Origin: Xylella taiwanensis
GTDB taxonomy: Bacteria; Pseudomonadota; Gammaproteobacteria; Xanthomonadales; Xanthomonadaceae
DNA: 32,000 bases
Assembly: GCF_013177435.1 (NCBI RefSeq)
Contig: NZ_CP053627.1
Location: forward strand, 1,320,001 to 1,352,000
Direction: 5' to 3'
Part shown: piece after piece, positions 14,888-22,009 of the stretch
How the letters are laid out: the number at the start of each line of letters is the position of its first letter
How positions within the stretch are numbered: position 1 is the stretch's first letter
Notes under the pieces: model-generated
The model's database searches: none
The model's input: the letters and a program-made list of their open reading frames with translations, nothing else
What the model was told of the DNA's origin: nothing
Made by a program: the position numbers and the translations under genes

Positions 14888-15099
14888 GGGCGGCCTCGGC
14901 TGAAATCGGCGATGGCCACGCCAGCGGTCCCGGTCACGGATTCGGCGGCGGCGCGGCGCATCCATTTGTCTAGTTCATCACCAATCCATTTGGCATCGGC
15001 ACGGGTCACTTGGCGCTCGCCCAGACGGACGGACTGACCTGCCAGCACTTTGCGGTAGGCCTCCTGTAATAGGGCGACGTGTTCGGTAGCGATGCTCAT
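14884..15099 (-). CDS. gpW-like head-tail joining protein
   Basis: 71 aa. 'LLQEAYRKVLAGQSVRLGERQVTRADAKWIGDELDKW' resembles lambda gpW (…[34 protein letters not shown]…). It lies immediately upstream of the portal, as in lambda. Confidence 0.6.
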   Translation of the reverse strand: MSIATEHVALLQEAYRKVLAGQSVRLGERQVTRADAKWIGDELDKWMRRAAAESVTGTAGVAIADFSRGRP

Positions 15100-15210
15100 G
15101 AATGAGCACGTTATCTACCCAGGTGCGCACAATCTCGGGGAATGGTGCGCACCCTCAACGTGCTCAGTGCCGTTCTAGAAAATGAACGTGACCGTTCCTT
15201 AAATCCCTTG

Positions 15211-15238
15211 CTTATTTTCGCTTATAAGCGAAAATAAG
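15211..15238. promoter_or_regulatory. Perfect 28-bp palindrome upstream of the HigB-like gene (candidate operator)
   Basis: CTTATTTTCGCTTA|TAAGCGAAAATAAG lies 56 bp upstream of ATG 15294. It is followed by the direct repeats GGTTTTCTAA at 15255-15264 and 15272-15281. Confidence 0.45.
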
Positions 15239-15293
15239 GGGGCGTAGGGAAATAGGTTTTCTAAAAAAATGGGTTTTCTAATAAGTGGAAATC

Positions 15294-15620
15294 ATGTTCG
15301 AGATAAAACATTACATCACCGATGATGGCCGTGACTTGTTCTCAGAGTGGTACGAGCAGGTAAAGGATAACAAGGTGAGAATTGCGATCGACCGACGTTT
15401 GTACAGTGTCGAGCTTGGAAATTTTGGCGACCATAAGCCATGCAGGGAAGGTGTCTGGGAGCTTCGTATCGATTTGGGATCAGGCCACCGCATCTATTAC
15501 GCGCAGGTTGGAAAAACTGTGATCTTGCTGCTTTGCGGTGGCATTAAGCGTTCTCAGGAAGCAGACATATCCAAGGCGTGTGAATCCCTGAAGGACTGGA
15601 AGCGCAGCAACGTGAAATAA
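15294..15620 (+). CDS. HigB-like / Gp49-family addiction-module killer protein
   Basis: 108 aa from ATG 15294; the ORF track starts at GTG 15285. 'DGRDLFSEWYEQVKDNKVRIAIDRRL...GVWELRIDLGSGHRIYYAQVGKTVILLLCGGIKRSQEADISKA' is the typical pattern of this RelE-superfamily toxin. The toxin-first gene order matches HigBA. Confidence 0.8.
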   Translation: MFEIKHYITDDGRDLFSEWYEQVKDNKVRIAIDRRLYSVELGNFGDHKPCREGVWELRIDLGSGHRIYYAQVGKTVILLLCGGIKRSQEADISKACESLKDWKRSNVK

Positions 15621-15713
15621 GAGAAAGATTGAGAGTATAGAGAGAGAAGCGGCGCAAAGAACACGACGAAAGAACGACGAAGGAAACGATGAAAGACAAC
15701 GAGCACCAGAGAA

Positions 15714-16028
15714 ATGAAAGATAGATTACATGACGATGCAATGGCCGACGTATTCCGTAAAGATCCAGCCTATGCGGTGGAGTTGTTAAACAGCATCCTT
15801 GAAGACGGCAACCAGGGAGAGCTTCTGATTGCGCTTCGTCAGATGACGAAGGCATTTGGTGGCATGTCCAAGGTGGCCGAAAAGGCGCAGCTAAACGGTA
15901 CGCACCTTTACCGCACGCTGTCTGCTAAGGGCAATCCGGAGATTCACAGCCTGTCAGCGATTCTAAAGACGATGGGTATGCGTCTTGCGGTGCAGCCGAT
16001 ACACCCCTGGAAGGCTGATATGCAATAG
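15714..16028 (+). CDS. HigA-like HTH addiction-module antidote protein
   Basis: 104 aa. 'DPAYAVELLNSILEDGNQGELLIALRQMTKAFGGMSKVAEKAQLNGTHLYRTLSAKGNPEIHSLSAILKTMGMRL' matches the antidote partner of Gp49/HigB-type toxins. Confidence 0.8.
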   Translation: MKDRLHDDAMADVFRKDPAYAVELLNSILEDGNQGELLIALRQMTKAFGGMSKVAEKAQLNGTHLYRTLSAKGNPEIHSLSAILKTMGMRLAVQPIHPWKADMQ

Positions 16029-16170
16029 ATGCGTATGTGAGGTTCCAGCTTACAACTTACATCTGAGCTTAGCCGCTTACTGATGATGTAAATCAATGGA
16101 GGTCAGGTGATTGGATCGATCTGGATTTGCTGCCTGAGGTCGGACCGAGTTAAAAGCCGCGCTGCCCGTT

Positions 16171-16449
16171 CTATGCCTTGGTTGCCAGGCGGGCGCGCTG
16201 CGCGGCAAATTTCGCTTCGACCTCATCATTCGAGCGGCCCCGGCCAGCGCGCATTGAGTCGCGTGCTTGTTCAACCTTGCTGCGTAGGTAGTCATCGTAT
16301 TCACGCGCCTGACGACGTTGCTCGATATAGCTGCGCATCAGCTCGCGCAGGATTTGGGACGCTGGCCGGTCTTCGCTGGCTGCCTCGGCCATGAACTCAG
16401 CACGTAACTCCGGTTCCAGTTTCATCGTGAAAACAGATTCTTTCGACAT
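16171..16449 (-). CDS. Ribbon-helix-helix antitoxin-like protein without an adjacent toxin gene
   Basis: The ORF track gives 16171-16539. I place the start at ATG 16447-16449, which is preceded by GGAGGATGG. 'FTMKLEPELRAEFMAEAASEDRPASQILRELMRSYIEQ' is an RHH strand plus helices. The C-terminal half is laid out like that of the antitoxin at 7522-7794. No toxin-sized ORF follows. Confidence 0.65.
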   Translation of the reverse strand: MSKESVFTMKLEPELRAEFMAEAASEDRPASQILRELMRSYIEQRRQAREYDDYLRSKVEQARDSMRAGRGRSNDEVEAKFAAQRARLATKA

Positions 16450-16470
16450 GGGCCATCCTCCATAGTGCGT

Positions 16471-16500
16471 ATACTGACAAAGTATATACTTTGTCAGTAT
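16471..16500 (-). promoter_or_regulatory. Perfect 30-bp palindrome upstream of the RHH gene (candidate operator)
   Basis: ATACTGACAAAGTAT|ATACTTTGTCAGTAT starts 22 bp upstream of the start codon. RHH antitoxins bind such symmetric sites. Confidence 0.55.
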
Positions 16501-17054
16501 GTATGGTTCGATAGGTGCCAGTCGCATTGGCCCAGCCAAGATAAGCGGCTATTCCCATTCTCGAGCCTTCCGGGGGGACGTTCGGCTTACACGCGCTTTG
16601 TGCATGAGTGCCGAAGCACCGCCTGCAAACGGCCTTCATGCTCACACCATAGGTATGCATGGCTCAAGCCAGCAGGGGCATGACATTACTGTGGCCGAAG
16701 GCGGGGACATCACGTCCACACGGCAACAGCAGCATCCTCAGGTCACCATGCTCACACGGTGTGGGTCGATCCTTTTGGGGAACACCACAACCTGCCCGCG
16801 CGCCTGCGCATCATGGCCTGTATTGCGTATTGATAGGACCACATGAGCCAGACAATGGGCAGTGTGTAAGATCTGGCAACGCTGTAAGTCCTACACGCTG
16901 TTGCGGCATTCCCTGATTCCTTAACCCCCTGTGATAAAGGCATCTTAAGCAGGCCGGACGCGAGGCCATGATGGCTGCTCAACCCGCGGGGCGCTAGGAC
17001 CAGCGCCTTTTCCGGCATCTCCACATCAGCGTCATGAAGGTGATAGTTTCTGTG

Positions 17055-17095
17055 GAGTAATAGCTGATTGATGGTAATGAACTTATCAATTACTC
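17055..17095 (+). promoter_or_regulatory. Imperfect inverted repeat upstream of the second AbrB/PIN operon
   Basis: GAGTAAT(agc)TGAT...ATCAATTACTC, flanked by CTGTGGA direct repeats (17050-17056 and 17095-17101). It lies about 30 bp upstream of ATG 17126. Confidence 0.35.
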
Positions 17096-17125
17096 TGTGG
17101 ATCATTTAGGCTAATGGAGATTGAT

Positions 17126-17377
17126 ATGGCATCGTTGGCAGTCACAGCAAAAGGACAGATCACGCTCAAGCGGGACTTGCTGCAACACCTTGGTATCAAA
17201 CCGGGAGAGCGGATTGACTTTGAAAAGTTACCCGGAGGTGAGCTTCGAGCAAAGGCGGCGCGGCCAACTGGCACGATTGATGACTTCATCGGTCGGCATG
17301 CGGGCAAGGTCAAAAAACCGATGACGATCGAGGAAATGAACCAGATTGCCGCCGCAGGCTGGACGGGCGAGGAATGA
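17126..17377 (+). CDS. vapB: AbrB/SpoVT-type antitoxin (VapB/MazE-like), second copy
   Basis: ATG 17126 follows GGAG (17116-17119); the ORF track starts at 17114. 'MASLAVTAKGQITLKRDLLQHLGIKPGERIDF' parallels the protein at 394-660. Its stop overlaps the PIN gene start (ATGA). Confidence 0.85.
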   Translation: MASLAVTAKGQITLKRDLLQHLGIKPGERIDFEKLPGGELRAKAARPTGTIDDFIGRHAGKVKKPMTIEEMNQIAAAGWTGEE

Positions 17378-17772
17378 AAATTTCTGTCGATACAAACGTA
17401 CTAGCCCGCGCTGTTTTGCAGGACGATGCGAACCAAGGCCGTTCTGCAAGCACACTCTTGAAAGACGCCTCTCTCATTGCAGTTTCTTTGCCCTGCTTAT
17501 GTGAGCTGGTTTGGATATTAAGTCGGGGCGCAAAGCTGTCGAAAGAAGATGTTGCCGTGACGCTCCGCGATTTGCTGGATGCTGGAAATGTCGTGATGAA
17601 CCGGCCCGCTGTAGAAGCCGGACTTGCGATCTTGGAAGCCGGCGGCGATTTTGCCGATGGCATCATGGCCTATGAGAGCGCATGGTTAGGTGGTGAAACC
17701 TTCGTATCGTTTGATAAGAAAGCAGTCACACTGCTATCAAGTCAAGGAAAAGTTGCGCAACTCCTATCCTGA
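17374..17772 (+). CDS. vapC: PIN-domain toxin (VapC-like), second copy
   Basis: 132 aa. 'MKISVDTNVLARAV...LCELVWIL...GGDFADGIMAY...FVSFDKKA' is colinear with the ORF at 2-397. Confidence 0.85.
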   Translation: MKISVDTNVLARAVLQDDANQGRSASTLLKDASLIAVSLPCLCELVWILSRGAKLSKEDVAVTLRDLLDAGNVVMNRPAVEAGLAILEAGGDFADGIMAYESAWLGGETFVSFDKKAVTLLSSQGKVAQLLS

Positions 17773-18399
17773 AGTTACGCAGGCAGATGAGCAGCACCTT
17801 ACCGCCACTGCGATGCTAATCATGAAGGCGCGCGATCCGGGTAGCATACCGGCCATATAGGAAACTAGCGCCCCAAAGGGCTCGCGCATCGCCCGCTATA
17901 CGGCAAGCATGAAAAAAGCATCCATAGATCATGACCCTTCGTAGCTGGCATAAATATGCCGGGAAAACTCTGGAAAATCCCTAACAATGACAGGTGTTCC
18001 ACGAGGGGGGGGCAAAATAATTCTTCAGAATTCCTTTTTGTATCAAGGGAACGATGAGTGATTTGTAATCAGTAGGTACACAGTTGCGGGTCTGTGAAGT
18101 GGCACCGCATCACCTCGCGTCGTCAGCTCCTTTGGTGTTGTTCTCTTGCTGAACTTCAGCGCGCCTTGCTCCAGATACTCGCCCAGAAACCCGAGCGACT
18201 GTACGTCGAGCACCTTGATGAACTCCACCAACTCATGCGGTGCTCTCCGTACCAACACTCTTCAGTGACACCGAGAAGTTCGGCGTGGTCGCCTGCGGTT
18301 GGGTAGTTCGGCGGGTACAACGTCGAAGCGTGACTTGGGTGGGAGCATGCAAGTAGCCGAGCGAGACTTGGCTCGCTCTAACTCGCTTTGCAGGTTGTG

Positions 18400-19260
18400 T
18401 TTGATCCTGCGTACCTGTAATTCAAGCCAGTTAGCGATGCCTTGAAAGCTAGTTTCGCTGAGGAGGCACGCCACTACAAAGCATGATGTATGGTGGCTCA
18501 GTAGCGCATGTGAACTGTGGTGCATAAATCTGCGCGAATTTTGCAGTGATCCGCAATTGGTTGATGAAATCGTCAACGCTGTTCTCGTTGAACTTGTTCT
18601 CAATCAGAAGGGGAGTGACGGAGATTCGGGTTCTAAGGCAACTCATTGGCCCATTTGGAAAATGGCCAAGAATGGCTCTTTGGCAACAAAGCGGCCCTTC
18701 CGATAGCATCAGCCCGTTCGATAGACGCTAGATGATCATCCCATCCAGAAGGATGTGAAAGGTGAGGTCTGTCAAGATGACAGAGTGCTGGTCACCGCTT
18801 CTCGTGATTGTAGTTGGTTCGCGGTCGCATCCCGGTCAGTGGAACGTGTATGCCTCATGCCATCTTTGGCGAGCTCGGAGCAGCAGTGTTTCAGATGTTC
18901 AGATCCACTATTAGTCCACAATTTATGAGGTAACCCGCAAAAGGAGCTGACCAGCCTCGCCTGCAAGGTTTTCTAGCAGAAATCCTCCACGATGACCGCA
19001 AAGAAGCTGGTGGAATCCGTACTCACGCAGCTACTCGGCAGCAAGCCTGCTGGTGGTGGCAAGAAGAAGTAATGTCGAATCGGCATAGATGCGTTTCAGG
19101 AATAGGGGTATCTCAACTTCCCGGATGGCCTTGGCCGAGCTCGAGTACTACTGAGTCGCCTGAGACTGAACCGCCCCCCCTAGGCCCATTGGGATAGCCG
19201 TGTCACTAGCCGCCATCTTTGGTGACTACAAGTCGAATTGGGGGTTTATCTCCAGCACAG
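18400..19260 (-). pseudogene. Heavily decayed DDE (rve/integrase-core) transposase remnant
   Basis: Pieces lie in three minus-strand frames. 'LPHKLWTNSGSEH...KDGMRHTRSTDRDATANQLQSRE' compares with the transposase pattern 'TDNGSEF...GIRHxxTRPxxPQTNGKVERF'. 'TPLLIENKFNE...KFAQIYAP', followed in another frame by 'FMHHSSHALLSHHTS', compares with 'YNxxRPHSALG..TP'. Similarity is weak and there are many frameshifts and stops. Confidence 0.35.
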
Positions 19261-19463
19261 CTCGGGGGTCGGTGTTCAGTCACTATCCGTGTGTCGATGC
19301 AATGTGCATCAGTGACGACTATCGACATCCCGCGTAGTTTCTACAACGCACAAGAGATCAGCATACTGCCCTATTCATTGATCGTATGTCCGGCTAATGC
19401 ATCAACTCTTGTTTGAAATGCCGTTGCGCCAGTGATGGGCTTGTGTTTCAGCTTGAGCGAGCG

Positions 19464-19802
19464 TTAGGGCGTCATGCGTGTGTTGTGCAATGGGGCGCAA
19501 TAGATTGCGTAAAGCGTGCGCATCATTTCTAGCGCAGGCCCTGGTAGCAACGAGTAATAAATGGTCTGCGCTTCACGCCGAGTGTTCACCACACCTTCTG
19601 CGCGCAGCACGGCTAGGTGCTGAGACAGTGCCGATTGGCTGAGCGCAACCAATGTGTTCAATTCCCCAACCGACAGCTCGCGCTCAGATAACAAGCACAG
19701 GATCATCAGTCGCTTGTCGTTAGCTAATATCTTCAGCAATTGCGCGGCTTCTTTGGCGCGTGTGCGCATCTGTTCAGCCAGTGCTGGCGTATGGCTGGTC
19801 AA
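19464..19802 (-). CDS. ArsR/SmtB-family transcriptional regulator (BigR/SqrR-like two-Cys pattern)
   Basis: 112 aa. The winged HTH is 'LLKILANDKRLMILCLLSERELSVGELNTLVALSQSALSQHLAVLRAEGVVNTRREAQTIYYSL'. Cys residues in 'MILCLL' and the C-terminal 'AIYCAP' are positioned like the redox pair of persulfide-sensing members. A 4-nt overlap links it to the upstream rhodanese-like gene. Confidence 0.8.
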   Translation of the reverse strand: MTSHTPALAEQMRTRAKEAAQLLKILANDKRLMILCLLSERELSVGELNTLVALSQSALSQHLAVLRAEGVVNTRREAQTIYYSLLPGPALEMMRTLYAIYCAPLHNTRMTP

Positions 19803-20161
19803 GACTCTTCCTCCTTGTGTACTACACCACCAGCTTTACCACGCCAAGGGAGGATGCCACCGGCTAGCAAGCGTCCGCCAGTGATCCTCGATTGTTGCAG
19901 GCTTTCGGCGGCCAGTACCGTGCGGTACAGCACCAGCGGACGGCTGGCCAACGCTGGTATGGGATCTAGGATGCTATGGATGCGGAATTCGAGCACGCTG
20001 CTTGGGATGTTGAGTGCATTCGGCAAGTGTTCTTCCAAGTGTTTTGCTGGTTGTCGCACATCAATCGGTGTGTCCTTGGAGACCTGCATCGTGGCCAGCG
20101 CCGCCACTTTGATCTCGTGGATAGGTGATCGTGCGGTAGCGACCAGATTATCGACTGTCAT
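19799..20161 (-). CDS. Rhodanese-homology-domain protein lacking the catalytic Cys loop
   Basis: 120 aa. 'IDVRQPAKHLEEHLPNALNIP...PLVLYRTVLAAESLQQ...LAGGILPWR' follows the rhodanese fold. Where 'YCxxGxRS' is expected the sequence reads 'YRTV', with no Cys and about 5 residues missing. Confidence 0.65.
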   Translation of the reverse strand: MTVDNLVATARSPIHEIKVAALATMQVSKDTPIDVRQPAKHLEEHLPNALNIPSSVLEFRIHSILDPIPALASRPLVLYRTVLAAESLQQSRITGGRLLAGGILPWRGKAGGVVHKEEES

Positions 20162-20204
20162 CAGGATGGCTCACTCTTAAACAATTTTCATTGAATTAAC
20201 TTGC

Positions 20205-20230
20205 TCTAATATTATTATCTTCTAATATTA
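20205..20230. promoter_or_regulatory. Two TCTAATATTA repeats in the divergent intergenic region (candidate ArsR-type operator/promoter)
   Basis: TCTAATATTA occurs at 20205-20214 and 20221-20230, a 16-bp period. Each copy contains the palindrome TAATATTA, and the second extends to CTAATATTAG. The repeats lie between the rhodanese/ArsR operon and the SQR-like fragment. Confidence 0.4.
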
Positions 20231-20293
20231 GTGGCGCGGATGCTGGACTGTGTCCTAGCAGTGCGTCTCCTTGAAGCAAAGGACCATACAACG

Positions 20294-20640
20294 ATGAGCA
20301 CGGTTTTGGTACTGGGTGCGGGTATAGGCGATATGAATGCCGCCGATGCGCTACACGACGAACTTTCAAGTGAGCACCGCGTTGTTGTGCTCAGTGAGAT
20401 CGCGATTTTCTCCTTCACCCAGTGGAATCAATGGGGCACGGTCGGTTGGTGTGCGCCTACTGAGGTTCAGCGCGATGCCAGTGGCTCTCTGGTCAACCAA
20501 GGCATAGACCTGCTGAGTGGTGGTGGGGGTATTGAACCAGGCAATGGTCGCGTGCTTCTGTACTACATCGCAGAGATATTACCGGCGCTTTTTTGCCAAT
20601 TCTTGTCCAGTGGTGATGAGTGCCGTACTAAGTGCCAGTT
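20294..20640 (+). pseudogene. 5' fragment of an FAD-dependent sulfide:quinone-oxidoreductase-like gene
   Basis: 'MSTVLVLGAGIGDMNAADALHDELSSEHRVVVLSE...F.F...WGTVGW' is the Rossmann GxGxxG N-terminus and following motif of SQR/NDH-2-type flavoproteins. Similarity fades after about 90-110 codons. The frame then runs as nonsense-like sequence into the MFP gene, producing the artificial 592-aa ORF 20231-22009. Confidence 0.5.
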
Positions 20641-20908
20641 GTTTTGGTGCCGCTTACGTGTTCGCGATGATCTGAGACGCCAACCTGCGCAAGTGCAGGC
20701 AGCGCGACTGTGTGGTGCTGTCGGTGTTCACCGGTTTTGGTGCGATGGGTGGTGTGGACAGGCTGAGCAACACGCGTGGCTTCCCACCAGTGACACCTGT
20801 ACTAGCGTTACCCGACCTAACACACATCCATTGGGTTCTGTTCAACCACTCTGCTGTTCAAGCGCCCGGGGTTCGTCCAGGGCCGTGCGTTTAAGTGAGG
20901 CCCTGCCA

Positions 20909-22009
20909 GTGATCGTTCGGCTCTGTCTGTTCCGTCCCTGGTATCTTCTTTTTTTGTCACTGGCATTCGCTGCTTGTAGCAGCCAGTCGGCACCACTGAC
21001 GCCACCGGCGCCGCCGGTCCTGAGTACTGTGCCTGCCCGTACCATGGCCGACCGAAGTTTGGTTTCATGGGATGGGGTGGTCGAAGCGGTACGCCATGCC
21101 ACGCTGTCGTCGCAGACCAGTGGTCGCGTCGCCGGGGTATACGTGGACATCGGTGATCACGTTGCTGCTGGTGCGGTCCTGCTGCGCCTGACGGCGGTTG
21201 AACAGCAGGCCGACAGCCATATTGCACAGGCCGAGTTAGCCGCTGCCCAGGCACAGTTGGCACAGGCTCAGGCGTATTGGAAGCGGATCGAGGCGCTGGC
21301 ACCGAGTCAGTATGTTTCTCGTGCTCAGGTCGATGTGGCCCGCACTGCATATGATGCTGCCCGTGCTAACCGCGACGCTGCTCATGCCCGGTTGATCGGC
21401 ACCGGTCAACAAGCGGTGTACACCGTGGTGCGTGCGCCGTATTCCGGAGTGGTGGTGGCGCGCAATGTTGAGGTCGATGAGACGGTTGTTGCTGGGCAGC
21501 CATTGATGGCGATCTATGTGCCTGGAGGAACACAGATCGATGTACAGGTGCCTCAGACTGTGGCTGACACGCTGCGCGCACAGCCGCAGGCGCGCGTCAT
21601 CCTCGCCACTGGACGCACACTAGAAGCTGCCCGGGTCATTGTCCATCCTCGTGCTGATGCCACCACGCATACTGTCGGCGTGCGTGTGCTGCTGCCCCTG
21701 GATGCGCAGGCGATTGTGCCAGGCACCACCGCTAAGGTTGTGTTCCCTGGCGGGGCGACTCAGGCGGCTACGCCGTGGATCCCGGCGGCCGCGCTGTTCC
21801 TGCGTGGTGAATTGGTGGGTGCTTATGTGGTGACGCCGCAGCGCATCGTACTGCGCCAGTTGCGTTTGGGTGAGCGCCGTGGAGATCAGGTTGAGGTGTT
21901 GGCTGGGATCGGTCTCGGTGAGCGTGTTGCTGTCGATCCGCTGCAAGCATTGCAAACGCTACAGGTAATGCGGCGGGTGCGTGGTGTCGGAGCGGGCCGT
22001 GATGAGTGA
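20909..22009 (+). CDS. RND efflux periplasmic adaptor (membrane fusion protein, HlyD/AcrA family) lipoprotein
   Basis: I place the start at GTG 20909, after GAGG (20897-20900). The lipoprotein signal is 'LLFLSLAFAAC'. It has a coiled-coil 'AQAELAAAQAQLAQAQAYWKRIEAL' and beta-barrel motifs ('VVRAPYSGVVVARNVEVDETVVAGQPLMAI'). An 8-nt overlap links it to the RND gene. Confidence 0.8.
   Translation: MIVRLCLFRPWYLLFLSLAFAACSSQSAPLTPPAPPVLSTVPARTMADRSLVSWDGVVEAVRHATLSSQTSGRVAGVYVDIGDHVAAGAVLLRLTAVEQQADSHIAQAELAAAQAQLAQAQAYWKRIEALAPSQYVSRAQVDVARTAYDAARANRDAAHARLIGTGQQAVYTVVRAPYSGVVVARNVEVDETVVAGQPLMAIYVPGGTQIDVQVPQTVADTLRAQPQARVILATGRTLEAARVIVHPRADATTHTVGVRVLLPLDAQAIVPGTTAKVVFPGGATQAATPWIPAAALFLRGELVGAYVVTPQRIVLRQLRLGERRGDQVEVLAGIGLGERVAVDPLQALQTLQVMRRVRGVGAGRDE

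Larger units (their letters stand above)
9021..15099 (-). mobile_element. Remnant of a tailed prophage: gpW, portal, protease-capsid, DUF2190, holin, lysozyme and integrase fragment only
   Basis: All genes are co-oriented on the minus strand and the segment is visibly GC-richer than its flanks. No terminase, tail, replication or regulatory genes are present on either side. Confidence 0.7.

Noticed and set aside
15122-15152. A dif-like XerC/D site, because GGTGCGCACAA resembles the E. coli dif XerC arm GGTGCGCATAA
   Set aside because: The sequence 6 bp downstream (GGAATGGTGCG) does not resemble the conserved XerD arm TTATGTTAAAT. Likewise, TGTATATGTTTAA at 8107-8119 matches dif only partially. 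The evidence is too weak to claim a Xer site.
16500-17105. ORFs between the orphan antitoxin and the second VapB (16499-16846, 16659-16916, 16752-17105), plus the hairpin GGCGCT-aggacc-AGCGCC-TTTT at 16990-17011
   Set aside because: The ORFs overlap each other in several frames and have no motifs. The hairpin has no upstream gene to terminate. The region is probably decayed DNA and I cannot assign a function.
18992-19072. A 26-aa plus-strand ORF, MTAKKLVESVLTQLLGSKPAGGGKKK
   Set aside because: It has no SD sequence, lies inside the decayed transposase region, and cannot be supported without conservation data.
19228-19262. A second tRNA-Lys att copy (…TCGAATTGGGGGTTTATCTCCAGCACAGC… against GGTTCGATTCCAGCACGGC)
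   Set aside because: Only the 8-mer TCCAGCAC and a few scattered bases match. That cannot be distinguished from chance by eye. A proper local alignment against the 808-856 core would be needed.
20231-22009. A single 592-aa protein, as given by the ORF track
   Set aside because: It is a chimeric open frame. The N-terminal ~100 aa look like a flavoprotein fragment and the middle is Cys/Arg/Trp-rich nonsense-like sequence. The true MFP begins at a lipoprotein signal with its own SD (GTG 20909).
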